Shown piece by piece: positions 1-14,000 of a stretch of DNA of 64,000 bases (its first letter is position 1; every line of letters begins with the position of its first letter). The DNA lies in contig JAUCBJ010007687.1 of the NCBI GenBank assembly GCA_032718475.1, positions 30,951-94,950 on the forward strand. The letters are read 5' to 3'. The position numbers were made by a program, and so were the translations under genes. Source of the DNA: Nemertoderma westbladi (taxonomy: Eukaryota > Animalia > Xenacoelomorpha). The notes under the pieces were generated by a model, which saw nothing but the letters and a program-made list of their open reading frames with translations, had not been told where the DNA came from and did not search any database.

Positions 1-547
1 TGTAGGCCCTAATATATTTATATACAACATAGGGCCTACGGTACATGCACCATATTTTATAATGTAACATTAATCATCACCATAGTACTGTAATAGAATA
101 TTACATATTACATTACATATTAATAATACATATGATAATAACGTATTTAGGCACTTAAGCAATAGGCTGTAGGCAAACACGTTCGGTGTGATATTAACCT
201 AGATGAATGGGAGTAAACAAACGTCTCCAGGGGAAAATAGACATAATTATGTAAATTTATTTCTCAAAATTGCTAAGTTGTGTTAACTAATTTTTCCTCT
301 ACTGTATTTATAACATGTGGTACACCAACGAGACATCAGATTTGGAACTCGGTGTGAGTTTTGTGATAGATCGGTAGTCAAGCATAATTATGGGCCCCTA
401 ACACCAGAACTTTAGTGATATTGGTACATTTTTATACCACTGTATAATCGTATAATTTTTATACACGATAATTTAACATACAGTAGGAGATGCATACTAA
501 CTGTACAATAGCAACACACACATTGTTTTAAAACCCACAACCATTAC

Positions 548-1716
548 TTATACCCTAAAAATGGCTTTTATTTTCTTGGAAAGTTGATCACACAACTCTT
601 CGCATAACTTTTTTACCGGGCCTGGTAGGAAACCCGCAGCCCTTCTACGCCTTCTCTTCCACCCAAAATCTGGAAGCTCAAAATCTGGAAGCTCAATATC
701 TGGAATCTCAATTTCTGGAATTTGAATATTTGGAATTTTTTTAATCAATGCTAGTAATTTTTTGCATCCATCTTGAAGATCCTTCGGGAGTGTATCACAA
801 AGAGCTTCAAGAAATAATTTAAGTTCTTGTTTTGATGCTCCACAAGCTTTTTTACACAGCGTGCCATCAATAGCTTCACAGAAGTCATTACAAAACTGTC
901 TGCCCCTCGGGGTTCCCACCGCATTTGCTATTTTCATGCATTCGTTTTCGAGAGCTTTTGGCAGGTTGAGTTTCTTGCAATAACTTTTAAATTTCGGTAT
1001 TGACGCGCATGCTGTTTTACATAGATTTCCTTTACAATATTGCTTACAAGCCCATTTGGCTATTTTACCGGTCATTAGTTTGACTAACTTCTCACAAGCC
1101 TTCTTACCATCCTTATCAGTAATTAGTTGACAATAAATCTTCATTTTATCCGCATTGTCGCACGCGGCCTCGCATAGATTACCGTCACAGTACTGCAAAC
1201 ACACCCATTGCGCAATGTCACCTTTCATTAGACTAGCTGCTAGTTCGCAAGCCTTTCTGGCCTCTTTGTTCGTAATTTTTTTGCAGTACTTTTTCATTTT
1301 AGCAGCGGACTTACAAGCTGCTCTGCACAGGTTCCCCTCGCAGTACTGCAGACATACCCACTGGCTGAGTTTACCACCCATTAAATTTGCTGCTTTCAAA
1401 CAAGCTGTTCGTTTTGGTCCTTTCGGAAGCGCATTGCAAAACTTTTTCATTTCTGCGCCAGACTTACATGCTAACTTACAAAGTTCACTCTCACAGAACT
1501 CCTTACAATCTTGTGTAGCCTCTTTCTTTTTATTTCCTTTCAAGGCTTTAGCTATTTTCTCACACTCGTCCCGAACTGGCTTTGGCAGGTTATTATTTTT
1601 ACAAAACCAGGACATTAATTCCGCTGTTTCGCAGGCTTTTGTACAAAGGTTCAGTATGTACCCATCCTTTTTCTCTCTCTTCTTTTTATTTTTCTTCTTC
1701 TTCTTGGGTTCTAACG
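548..1716 (-). CDS. Last coding exon of secreted mucin-ShKT-Cys-repeat gene: polybasic linker plus six 51-aa six-cysteine helical repeats
   Basis: The frame of ORF 548..1615 stays open upstream to an acceptor (ttattttTAG, AG at 1717-1718), phase 1, reading (A)LEPKKKKKNKKKREKKDGYILNLCTKACETAELMSWFC. Six repeats follow the pattern LCxxAC-x9-C-x11-C-x15-CxxxC. Stop TAA at 548-550. Confidence 0.85.
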
Positions 1717-2518
1717 CTAAAAATAATAATTAACAGTTTACATAATATGTTTTAACTTTATCATTTTTAACAATTTAACATAATCCCCCATATTTACGAA
1801 GTGATAGATATGGTGGTACTGAGCGTGATCTGCCGATTTTACAAAACTCGGGGAACAAGTCCTATTGGCTATACTGTAGTTGTTTCTATACTAATAAACA
1901 TCCAATCACGGAAACGCATTTGAACTGTAAAACTGTATTCTAGTAAACTTTGAATTTATATTTTGTTCCTTTTTCTGTGCTAAACATTTTTTACATAAAA
2001 TAAGGTCAGCTAATAAAAAAAGTAATACGGATAAAAAATACTGCATAGTACAACATTAAACAGTTATGCAGTAGCACTCTTATGAGACATGTATTGTATA
2101 GGCCTACAGTACTGTACTACTGTACAAAAAAGCCTCTTCTGTCCTGTCTCTGACTGTAGCCTACAGCCCAACTCTCTTTTTTTTTCAATTCAATAATTTT
2201 ATTTTTCCTCCTGTATATAGAAATGTTAGTAATTGCACTTGACATTATTAATTCTGTAAGTATAGCCTTAATTGTAAATTGTAGAAATTCTTAACTACTG
2301 TACAATGTATACTGACTACCGTAGATAGCGTGTAGCTTAAACAGTTAAAAGGCTAGTTATAGTGGGTCGCAGTCTCACAAATAAGGGATTCTTTTAGATA
2401 TAAACTTTGTCACTCCTCCTACTGCTAAATATGTTTATGTGAGAGGGAAAATAATATAAAAAAAGGAGACAGGGGGGAAACTGGACGCAAAACCCGCCTT
2501 GACGAATTAATATCCCGC

Positions 2519-2672
2519 CTCAATGTTAAATTCTCAATTTAGGGAAAAGAGCAGGTTACAGTGGCACGTTATTTAACCAAAACAATAAACTAAGCAAAAT
2601 AGAACAGGTTACAGTTTTATTTTTGAAAGTATTCAACTGTTATTTGCGTCGAATTTCCCCTGGAGAGGGATA
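2519..2672. repeat. Interspersed repeat fragment, second copy near 63394-63527
   Basis: gcaggttacagtggcacgttatt...ccaaaacaataa...tagaacagg.tacagttttattttt...cctggagagggat is shared with 63394-63527. Confidence 0.65.
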
Positions 2673-2775
2673 CATTTTTATTTTTATTACGTCCCCCCTA
2701 TCTGAAAAAAAGTAAATTAATACTGGAATTAATACAATTGTCAATAAATAGGCAGTTAGTAGATTTTTCACCAAC

Positions 2776-2892
2776 CGTTACATGTGTAGCAAGAAGCTTC
2801 GCAATGCGAATACATAAAGACCGGATTAATATCGCATTCGTTGATGGAAGCCCAGTATTCACAGTAGGAGTTGGAATCAATGTCAACACATT
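2776..2892 (-). CDS. Coding exon 5: ShKT domain 3
   Basis: tttcCAG acceptor and GTTGGT donor, 117 nt, phase 1-1. Translates (E)CVDIDSNSYCEYWASINECDINPVFMYSHCEASCYTCN, the canonical ShKT six-Cys pattern with W, N and M. Not in the ORF track. Confidence 0.9.
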
Positions 2893-2958
2893 CTGGAAAT
2901 ATTTCAAACGGGTAATAAATGGCACTGAATTAATTAAAACACTTATAGATACTGTATT

Positions 2959-3183
2959 TATTGCAATGTTCTAGAGTTAATATACGGAAACAACAACCTG
3001 AAGCGAATAAAACTGAATAATCACTGATGCCATTCCAAAAGCGAATTAACCTGTATAATTACCGAGGCCGCCGTTATTATATTAGGTTAATTTGCTGAAA
3101 GAGGATTAGGCAGAAGTGATTATTACAGTTTTATTCGCTGAAGGTTTTTATTTCCGTATTAATAACTCTAGAACATTGCAATA
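2959..3183. repeat. Imperfect inverted repeat (about 67-bp arms), MITE-like
   Basis: 2959-3025 (tattgcaatgtttctagagtt...aataatcact) is the gapped reverse complement of 3115-3183. Confidence 0.65.
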
Positions 3184-3202
3184 TTGGACGGATCCACCAT
3201 GG

Positions 3203-3457
3203 ATGCCCTTATTTCTCACGCGTGTTTGTTTGTTTGTTTGTACACACAACTTCTTGCACTCAATGTTGATGGAATTGGATGAAACTTTGATGATAGGTTC
3301 ATTATCGGACCTAGTTGTGTATGCAAGGTTTTGGTTGCTAGTTGGTTGCCTAGCAACAGTGATATAAGTAACATTATCTTATGTATAATAATTTACCATG
3401 GCAATATGACAAGAGGTGTTCCATTAGTCTACCCTAGCTTGATACTAGAACAAAGCT
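3203..3457. mobile_element. Possible Helentron-associated (HINE-like) non-autonomous element fragment
   Basis: (TGTT)4 microsatellite followed by gatgaaacttt and gttgc...agcaac palindromes, as often seen in such elements. Family assignment is inference. Confidence 0.3.
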
Positions 3458-3568
3458 TCGCAGGACATTATTTTCGCCGTGAGGACCGGTGTTCGCGCTT
3501 TTAGACCTTTAGCAGTTTAACCTGCCAAATTTAGGTGTCTTCTAGGTTATAAATCGACTTTAGCCTAT

Positions 3569-4166
3569 AACGAGAGAAAGCCGCCCCAATATTAGATTAT
3601 TACAACAACATATCCATTGGGTAAGAAAGTGGAGGAGAGCCAGCCCGTCTCTTAATTTTTTACTTTATATTACGCGATAAATTTTCACTCATCTCGTCAT
3701 GAACCCAACATGTATGTAACCTTTTGTTAAATTTGTTGGCTATGCGTTTGCGGTTGTTTGGGCGGAGTGTGGTAGGCCTACACTTTTCACAATTAAATAT
3801 TTTGGTTGTGAAATGTTACAGGGCATAGCGATCTGAGATATTTCATTTATATTTTATTATGAGAGGAAGAAGAACATACAACGTTATTTACTATGTAACA
3901 AAATAATTGTTTTCGGGTTTAACTTGGAAGCCTCCCCAAATAGTTGATATACAATTATATTTAAAATTATTTCCATGGTCATGGTTATTCACCCGTCTTT
4001 AGTTAGAAATTTGTTTGCATGAAAGACAGTTTAGTTTAGTTTTTACTGATTTATTATCTCTTATCTGACTGGATAGGATAAGATAAGATAAGGATAGGAT
4101 AAATGGAAGCAAAGTGTGACAGTAACAAATATTTCCCCGTCACCCTAGCATGTCTTAAGTATATGA
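3569..4166. mobile_element. Truncated copy of interspersed element S (also at about 45803-46396)
   Basis: Near-identical reverse complement of 45803-46396. Shared terminus ...gcggctttctctcgTT. Confidence 0.8.
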
Positions 4167-4970
4167 CTTAGGAGTACTCTCAGAATCATTAGAGGGAGCC
4201 CAACGGCTCCTCAGCTCATTAGAACATGCTGCTTCTAGTGTTGGTCTTTTTATTAACTCCAGAAAGACCAAAATTCTGACCGTTAACTTTGAAAGTCCTC
4301 ATCAAGTCTCTGATCGGATGAGCATAAGCTCAAAGGATGGTATGCTTGAGCATGTGGACGACTTCTGTTACCTGGGATCATGGATCCGGAAGTCAGGTGA
4401 GGACCTTCGAATACGTAAGGGAAAGGCATGGGCAGCCTTGAATAGGCTTTCCAGGATTTGGAAGTCACCGAGAATTAATCGGAAACTTAAGGTCCGATTA
4501 TTTAGAGCAGCAGTAGTTCCAGTACTCCTCTACGGGAGTCCATGCTGGGCTCTAACTGCTGAGGACACCAAATCTCTGGATGGGACATTCACAAGAATGC
4601 TACGCCGGGTTCATTGTGTCAAGTACAATGCACAGATCTCCAACCAGACACTATATAACATTGGAGGTGTCTCATTGGTTCCCCCAAGCTTGACACTAGA
4701 ACAAAATCGCCTCCGCTTTGCAGGACATTGCTTTCGCCGTGAGGACCAACCAGTGCATAATCTTGTACTTTGGCAGCCTCATGGAGTGAATAAGCATGGT
4801 GGACAGCCCATGACTTTCTTGAGACGCATCTTAAAGGACACTGGCCTTGAAGATGCGGATGATCTAGCAAATGTCATGGGTGATAGGGAGTTGTGGCGGT
4901 GCAATTTTGTCGATAAGCCGGCACAGCATTCTTAAAAATGCAGCTGCAATGCAGCATGCCGATCCTAGTA
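4165..4970 (+). mobile_element. 5'-truncated RTE-like LINE (C-terminal reverse transcriptase region)
   Basis: Open frame from DLGVLSES through VGLFINSRKTK, FCYLGSWI, KLKVRLFRAAVVPVLLYGS and LRFAGHCFR to the stop at 4935, then a short 3' UTR. Confidence 0.85.
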
Positions 4971-5245
4971 CACTGTATTAAGAGTATTTTGACGCATTGC
5001 GGCATAAAATGGCTTGTTATGTCCGCCAAAGTACACATACAGAATAATGGCTTTTTATGTCCGCTAAAACACCTACACAGTAAGAAAATGGCTTTTTATG
5101 TCCACTAAAATACCTACACAGTACTTTGCGGGGAAAATGACTAGCTATATCCGCAAAAGCTTTTACACCGCTCCCAGAAAATGGGATTTAATTCTATAAA
5201 ATATAAAAAATCACAGTTTCTAAAATATAAAAATACTCTAAACAG

Positions 5246-6372
5246 TTAGTCTTTCTTGCGCGGACGGCGTTTACACAGTTTTTTGAGGCTAGCAAGAGTC
5301 CTTTTCTCTTTGGGGCGAGCCACTTTACTAGGAGGGCTATAACTCCTAGGTGAAGGGTGCAATACAATTGCATCGGAAGGTTTAGGATTACGGGCGGTGT
5401 ATCTGCCGGTCGAGGTACCCGGTTGATCGATATCAACCTCAGTGGAGCGAGGTCTAACGGCCTTTAGAGCGCGTTTTAGGACAGCAGCTCCTACTGGTCC
5501 CTGACGAGTCATCTGAACGATAGCGGGAGGTGGACCGTGTGTAGTGAGAATTTCCTCGGTTTGATGATTCTTTTCCACTCGCGTTCTCGGACTCTATAGG
5601 AATCGATATGCTTCTCCTCGAGTTGATTTTCCTCCGCTTGTCGTTGGAAGCAGAGGTCTCGCCAGGGAATGAGGAGGTCTGACCGAGTATTCCGGAACTC
5701 TGATCATGGGTTTATTTAAGGATCGTTTGAGTTGAGTGAGCGTAGGTGATACATCGAACAAGTTTCGCTCGAAACTCCCGTAAATATAGCGAGTAAAACT
5801 GTGTCTAGCGCAACGTCTCCGCGGATGTTTGTCTTTCCGTTTGTTGGTTGGGTCTAGGGCATTCATCGTAATAATACCAAAGACGCACGTCTTGTAGGGG
5901 AAACGCTGGTGATCTTTCTCCAGTTTTACAACGTCTCTCTCAAGAATTCCAAATATACGTTGGAGTCACTGCATTTATCCGGTTCTTTAACGTCTTCTCT
6001 TTCGAGTTGGTTTCGAATAGAATTTTCGTGTTCGATTCTCAGTTTATTGTTCCGACTCCGCTGGGTATGATATTTAAATAGGATCATTTCCCTTTCGGTG
6101 TCGACATCGTCCGTATCATGTAAATCGATAGGATGACCAGTAGTTAAGAAGTCCATATACGTACCATTACGATGCGTATAGCGAGCGGTGAATTTTCTAT
6201 AGTCCAATTCACGCGTGAGTTGTTCCTTTGACATTGGCGGTTCGATATAACGGCCATCGTCCTCCGTAGTAGGTTGACTAACATCGCCGCGTATTAAACT
6301 ATCAACAAACGCTTGCAATGGTGGGGTATATCGCTCCCTGATACCAAGATCATCTTCTATCAACTCAGTCAT
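5246..6372 (-). pseudogene. Internally deleted remnant of the extra ORF (ORF3) of element A
   Basis: PEYSVRPPHSLARP matches B at 34356. 5603-5652 matches B 34831-34880. The C-terminus TTHGPP...RKKD matches B 43200-43506. Frameshift near 5940. Confidence 0.8.
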
Positions 6373-8078
6373 AGCTGCTATATGAGTTTATCAATATTAT
6401 AATGAGTTTATAATTAGGCTAGCGGGCGTCGCTGCCTACCCCTCACGCCCCCGGACAGCGCAAGATCCTCAGCGCCGATGTACTTTCGCCGATGTGCCTA
6501 TTGCCAACATAGTAGCTGCACAACGACCACAACAACCAGCGCGAGTCACTCCACTGTCCGTCCCAAGGGCTAAGATTTACTTCCGGTTCTTACTGGCGAG
6601 TTAGGGCTACTTTCACAATTGCGACTCGCTACTGTAAACACACTTTAGTAGTAACATTCACCTATAAACGCACAAATTCCACACAACTGTCACAAACCGC
6701 ACATGTTCGGGCCATTTGTCCGTTAGTCAAGTGCCTTCCAGAATGTCACGTTATTATTGGGTATCCTTGGATACTAGCAGTGTGCTATTTATTCCTTATG
6801 CTATTCAATGGGGCAAGCTTTCTATTGTTCTTTTAACTCGCTTCTAATTCTAACGTGGTTGTTGCTATGGTGACATTATGGAAAGCTAGCGGTAGAATTA
6901 GGGTAATTCCCATGCATGCAGATCTGGGATGCTATTTAATAGTAATTCTTGAATTTTCAATATTCCTCTTTATACATGATTTTATGAATTTTATCGGCTA
7001 TTGACTATATATTGGAGATTCTCGCACACTAATACACTTAATAGGGTGAATCTCCGCTCCCATGATCTATTAATTAATGGAATTTTGGGAATATTATAAA
7101 TTATATAAAAATGACAATTTATCAAATTCATTAAAAGAAATGAATTTAAATTTATTCCCGTAAATTTTATTATTTAATATTAAAATAGACACAATTTTAT
7201 TCCAGAACATGTCTGGGAACTGGGATCCTTGATTCTAGGAAATTTGTCTTTTTTAAGAGTATCGGTAAGTGCTACGATATCTTAATAGACTAGAAATTTA
7301 AAGGATCTAAAATTTTTACAGATTTTAATTTATAGATTTTCTAGAGTTAACTTGTAAGTATTTACTCTATTGTATTTATTTGACAGATTTTATAAATATT
7401 AATAGTTAATATTTAAGATGGGCACCGGTTTATTCCAGAACATGTCTGGGGACGTTAACCACTGATTCTAGAATTTTGTCTTTCAAGTATATCGGTGGGT
7501 GCCGCGATATCTTAATCGACTAGAATTGCAGATGGTCAAAGGGTTTAACAGATTGATTTTGCGTTTACCCTACTGTTAAAAGGACATCACGCTACTATAT
7601 GTATTATTTAATATACGGTATGAGAGCAATATTGCAAGAAACAATGTCAGTGAGAAGAGGCAAGTCGTTTCCAAGGTCTACCCAGAGCTTGGTTTAGCCG
7701 AGACACGAGGATCTGAATTTTGCATTCCTAATACTCTACTTACCAATAATACTTGAATATAGTAGGAGCTTTATTGTACTTTAATAAGTATGGACATTTC
7801 ATCTTACTGTAGTCACGTATTTATAATATGATACGGACAGTAAGGAAAGAGAAAAAGAATTATTTCTCGCCATCGCACTAAATATATAATATAATATAAG
7901 TAAGTAATAAACACTAATATATATTGCACTAATCTACTAAATAATCGCTAAAATAACATTCTACTAAATGAAATTAAAGAAAACGATTATAATAAAAGTA
8001 CATAATAATACATACATAAATATAAAAATAATAAAGACAGATATAAATAATATAGTCACACACCCACTCCAGACGCTG

Positions 8079-11000
8079 TTATGTTGGGGAGTCCCTAGAT
8101 GTTTGTTGGATTAGGGAGGTGGTCGTGGGAAGAGTATCTTGCCTTCCATAGTTTCCGGAGAGTTCTCTGTCTCTTTCCAGTAAACATAAACGACCAACTG
8201 GGCGGTTGAGTTGCTGCGTCTCGAAGACAATTCCCGGTTTCTTAAAGTTACGTCGCATGACGACGAGTTCTACCGATCGCACCAAACCATCATCCGAGAT
8301 ATGAGTCTCGATGATACGACCTGTCTGCCACCGCTTACGTGGAAGATATGAATCCACAATAAGGACCATGTCTCCGGCGATGACGTTTTCTTGCTGCGCA
8401 AACCACTTGGTTCGAAGTTGTTGTGTCGGCAGATAATGTTTTTCGAAATGGTCAGCGAAACGACGGGATAACAACTGCATAAGTTGCCAAGTTTGCCGGC
8501 AGTATTCGTCTCTGTCCGTGATTTCCGATCGTGGGAGCATGGCTACAGGTTTCTTCAGTAGGAAGTGCGCGGGTGTTAGCGCTTCCAGGGAATCGGGACT
8601 CGATGAGACTGGCATAAGCGGTCTCTTGTTGAGATAGGCGGCGATTTCCTCCATTAACGTCCGCAAAAGTTCGTCGGTGAGATACGCGCGGCACGGCACT
8701 ATAAAGTGAAATGCGGTCTTCACGCTCCTGATTAATCTCTCCCAACTTCCTCCCCACCAAGGGGCGTCGGTGGCGTTGAAGGTCCAGCTAGACGCTGTTA
8801 CCCTTAGCTGATCGTCCACCTGTCTTTGGTTCCAATCTTTGACGTAAGCCTTGATTTCATTGTTGGCACCAATGAAGTTCATTCCCTTATCAGATCTCAT
8901 CGTGTTACTAGTTCCAAAGCAAGCAATCTGTTGGCGTAAGCTCAATATGAAGCTATTGGTAGATAAATCGTTCACCATATCGAGATGGATAGCTCTACAA
9001 GTCATACAGACAAAGATGACACACCATCTCTTGACTATAGTCCTAGCACGATATACTTCAATAGGGCCAAATAAATCCACACCGGTATTAGTAAAGGGTG
9101 GTTCTGGTTCATAGAAGCTTACTCGTTCCCTAGGTAATTCTGCCTCTCGCTGTGTTAAAGGCCTACTGAATGCTTTCCTACAGGGTATGCAGTTCCTAAG
9201 AACTTGGTTCAGAGCTCTACGGGGTTTACGAAAATAATAGCGAGTTCGAATTTCGCTAAGAACTTGTTCTCTACCAGCATGATAAAGCTTACTGTGAACA
9301 TCTACAATCATCTTGATTTGTATTTCAAGATTTCTAATGAGTATGGGAAACTTAGTGTCAAAGGATAATGGAGCATTAGTTAGTCTTCCTCCAACACGTA
9401 TTAACCCATCTATCATTGTGCTAGAGAAACGATCCCTTAAGCGCATCTGTGGATTTCTCAACAACAGGAAATACTTATTGGAATCCTCATAGCATTGCAG
9501 GAGTCTCAGTATCTGCTTATTGGTTTCTTCATGCTCCTGGTAACTGATCTTCTCCTTCAGAAACCTGTCGGATATCTTGTATTTGGGAAGATCTTTCACA
9601 ACATGGACCTGCGCAGATGTCAGTGGAGCAGTATCACTAGTGGTCTTCGTCCTGGAGTAGTGATGATGAAAACATCGCTTTAAATATGTAACGGCCTTAC
9701 AGAGCCGATTCCAGGAACTATAGTGATGTATCGCTCTCTGCAAGAGAGGTGAGAGTCCTTGCGAGACGTCTGTTATTCCAGATTTCCAATCTCTCTCTCT
9801 GATTTCCATAACAGACTTATTTGTGGCTGTGGGTTTCGGATCCAAAACGTCGTCTCCGGAAACGCGTAGTACAGACAGATCTATCGCGGGTTTAAATAAC
9901 TTCGATTTACTCGCCCGGGTTTTAGGTTTGACTTTCTCCGCTCCCTTGGCTTGTCTAATCTCAGCCGTGGTAAGATAAGGAGGCCATTCATCCTCTTCCT
10001 TGCTTAGGAAGTCGGGTCCACCTAACCAGTCTGGAGTATCTATCAGTTCCTGTGGAGTGGCTCCTCTGGAGGCAATGTCGGCTGGATTAATCATCCCGGG
10101 GCAATGTCTCCATTGATCTATCTTCGTACGACTAAGTATAATGGCTACTCTGTTGGTAACGAAGACGCTGAACTGACAAACTTCATTGGTTATATACTCC
10201 AACACGAGTAAAGCATCGGTCCAATAGACAGTTTTCTCCAGTGGATAGTCGATCTGTTCTGTTACATTCCGGCCGATGGCTGTAGCGTATAGAGCCGCTT
10301 TTAACTCCGCTCAAGGAACTTTCAACTTGTTGTTTATCAAGGCCTTAGAGGTAACCAAGGCGACCTTAATTCCATCCGGAGTTTCAACCCTCAGGTAGGC
10401 TACTATACCTATTCCCATATCGCTGGCGTCCCCAAATACATGGAGTTGATAGGAATACGTGGGGAGAACATGACCAAAATAAGAATGGGAAATCGTAAAA
10501 TTCTCGATGGATGGTAGAGAATCTTCCCATTTCATCCACTTCTTTAATAGTTCTCCCTTAAGTGGATCGTCCCACGAGTGGTTTTCAAGCCACATTTGTT
10601 GTACTAAACTCCGAGCAATCAATATAACTGGGCTAATAAATCCCAATGGATCGAAATAAGTGCTCAGGATACTTAGACAAATCCGTTTAGTCCGAACTGG
10701 ATTATCTCGCTGTTTTAGCTGGAAAAACAGGATATCTCTCTCTGTGTCCCATTTCAAACCAAGCGTCTTGGTTTCCGGAAGATCATCCTTGATTAAGTCT
10801 AAATCTTTAACTCCTCGGTCTTCTACCGGGATTGATTCCAGAAACTCACGGGAGTTGCTTGTGAATTTAGTTAATCGAAATCCACCTCTTTTTAAGCACT
10901 CTACCGTTCCTTTGGCGACATCAATGGCTTCTTCCACCGATGGGAGGGACTTTAAATTGTCGTCCATGTATATATCCCGTTTGATGTTGTCGATAACCTC

Positions 11001-14000
11001 TTTGGAGAAGGCGTCCCGGTTGTCATCAGCAGTGGTACGCACTACTGAACAGGCGTTTGAAGGGCTCGAGATGATCCCAAAAGCCTGGATGGTCATCCAG
11101 TACTCCACCGTTTTCTGGTTGAGGTCTCCTTCAGGCCACCACAGAAATCGTAGGCTGTCTCGATCTCTATCCAGCGCCTTAACTTGTAAGAACATGCCTT
11201 CTATATCCGAGGCAAAGGCGATCGAATATTGTTGTAATCTTAAGAGTATTCCCAACAAGGAATGGAGTAAGTTGGGTCCTGGCAACAACTCGGAGTTAAG
11301 GGATTGGCCCATGTAGAGGGCGGAACCGTCAAATACTACCCGGACTTCGTTGGGTTTACCTGGTTTGGGAACGTAATGATGTGTTAGATAGTACGTTCTC
11401 TCAGTTATGGGTGTTTTTTCCGGTACTCGCTCCGCATATCCCTTGTCTATGAATTTCTTCAGCTGTGTCTTGTACATCTCTTTAGCTGAAGCATTTGCCG
11501 TAAGGCGTCGATGTAATTGCGCGATTCTTTTCTCCACCAAGGGTCGGTTGTTTATAAATTTAGGTTCTCGCTTTCGAAATGGCAGACCAATTTCATATCT
11601 ACCTTGATCTTTAAGAAAACGCGTAGTTGTTTCCTGGATCTGCTTGGCTCTTTCTTCTTCTACCGATAGGGCCTTATCGTAGGAATTGGGCTCTACAGCC
11701 TCTTGGGTAAAGAATCATACGGCGTGTTCATCGCGAGTCTTCGCGTTGTAGCGATCTATCACTTCATTCAGTTCGTCGTTGTAGTCGACTTGTTCTGCTG
11801 GATGAATGAGGTGACATAGGTTTACTTGGTTTTGCCAAGTTTCATTTTCTGTAAGGAGGTCGATGGTATTCTCCTCGTCGAAGAGTTGGTGGATATCGTC
11901 ATTATCTGAGGAGTATGGTGTTCCCTCAGTTGGGTCGTCTCCCTCACTGATCTCCTCTTCCCATTCACTTACTTGGTAGACCCGTTCCTTGGGTAGCCTT
12001 TCCATGAGGGTTCTACGAGAAGGGCCAGTAAAGTACCAACCTACCCTAGTTCTTCCTGCATAGGTTTGTAGTGGTTGCGGTTGAGCAGGCCGTTTCTCCA
12101 ATGTCTCAAGCGCCTCATGCGCATTTTGGCCGATGAGTATTTGCACTCCAGGGTAGTCTGTGTTGAATCTAGGTATCTTATGCTGCTGGGTGAAATCGTC
12201 CTCATCCCAGTTATAAGGTTCCACTTGGCTGGTAGCGAAGTTCTTTATCGCCACCATTTTTACTGACCTTATGCTGTGTTCTCCTAGTTCATCCTGGGGG
12301 GTGGACAAAGCACCTACATAGTAATCTGTAGTTACTGTAGATTTCCAAACCTTCATAATTCCTGACATGTTCAACTTAGTTCGGAACTTGGGTTGTCCAG
12401 CAAAGATGTCTTCGGCTAGTTCTTTGTCGATGAATGTTCCTGTGCTGCCGGAGTCAAGGAGGGCGTTCACTATATAGCTCTTATCAGGTCCGTGGACTCT
12501 CAACTGCACTACGGGAAATTCTCGGATTCCTACGTTGGAAGTTGGTGCTTTCCAAGATGGTTGTCGGTCAGGAGTAGTTAGGGGGAGCTCATTCTCTATT
12601 TCTTTCTCATACGTAAGTGCTCGATACACTGCGGTATTTATTAGGTAACAGGATTCGTTTTCGTCGGAGAATTCATCTGTATAGAATCCTTCCATCTCAG
12701 AACTTTGATCAGTGTCGTTCACATCACTGAATTGGACATGTAGTTCGGACTCACTTACCTGACTTGGGCTGTTTCTTTCGAATTCAGTGTGCAACAAGAT
12801 ATGATGTTTCCCGCCGCACTTTGCACACCTTGCGTCGGAGTAACAGGTTCGCCGTTGGTGTCCTTGTCTGAGGCAATTATAACACAACCGCTTATCCCAC
12901 ATGACTTCACGTCTATCTTTTAGTGATTTCTTTAAAAATTTATTACACCCACTCAAGCGATGGGGCCCGTCACACAATACACATTTGGGCTTGATATTAC
13001 TTACCTTAACCTGTGCTGTGTGGTGCACACTTGTTCTTTCCTCGGGCTTTCTTCCATGAATTCCATTAGGAGACGTAGGAGAAGTTGTTGTTACCTGTTC
13101 TCTCCTGTCACTGGTTCGAGACTTAAATTTACTTACGTCTTTAGGTACTTTGTTGACATAATAGGATCTTTCGGTGTCTTTCCCGCTGTTCTCCTCGTGG
13201 GAGGTTTGGTCTTTGCCGTCGTCTTTATAACACACAGGTGTTACCTTTCGCCTAGAAACGGAATTTTCACTTAATTCACTTTCAGGAGTCTTCTCTCTAG
13301 ACTGTTTTAGGAGTTGTAATCTTACCTCTCGGTTTAAGAATGACAGAAGGTACGTCCGTCGTTGGATCTCTATGTTGTTGGTCCATCAAATAGAGAACCT
13401 TTTTGTCCCAGCGAGTACCTACTTCACTCTTTGGCAAAGCTGATGCTAAGGCTCCTACAACCATAGAATTCTGGTATTCATGAGACTTACCTAACCAATC
13501 TAGTTGTCTACAGATCTCCTGAATCTCATCGGAAAACTCTATAATCCCGCTGCTAAGGAACTTTCGGGGTGCTACCAATTTTGCATACAAATACCTAGCT
13601 ATGTTTGTCCTATTACCATACCTGATGTTTAGTGTATCCCAAACTTGTCTTAATCCATCTGGATGTCCAATAAACTTTAACGCCATTAACTTGGGAGATC
13701 CTTCCAAGCACTCGATGAGGAATCTAAGTTTCTCTCCGTTAGATAGCACAGAGTTCTGTATGTTATCTTTGTAATATTCATTAAAAGGTAACCATTTCAT
13801 CTCATCTCCATTGAACTTGACGATCTCTCCCACCTTTACCGCTGGACGGGCTTCGGTTCTAGCCATTTGACGTGTAAAACTTTCTTGGGCCATCGTGTTA
13901 TTTAATATCGAGTTATCGGTATATAAATTTCTCGGATTATGATCAGGTCTATATGGAATATCATTGTCAACAGGTTTATAATTACCCTTAATAGGGTTTA

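Larger units (their letters stand above)
3490..5167 (-). repeat. 3' LTR of element A, centre replaced by foreign inserts
   Basis: Only 3490-3571 and 4969-5167 match the 5' LTR. 3572-4968 is repeat S plus a LINE fragment. Confidence 0.85.
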
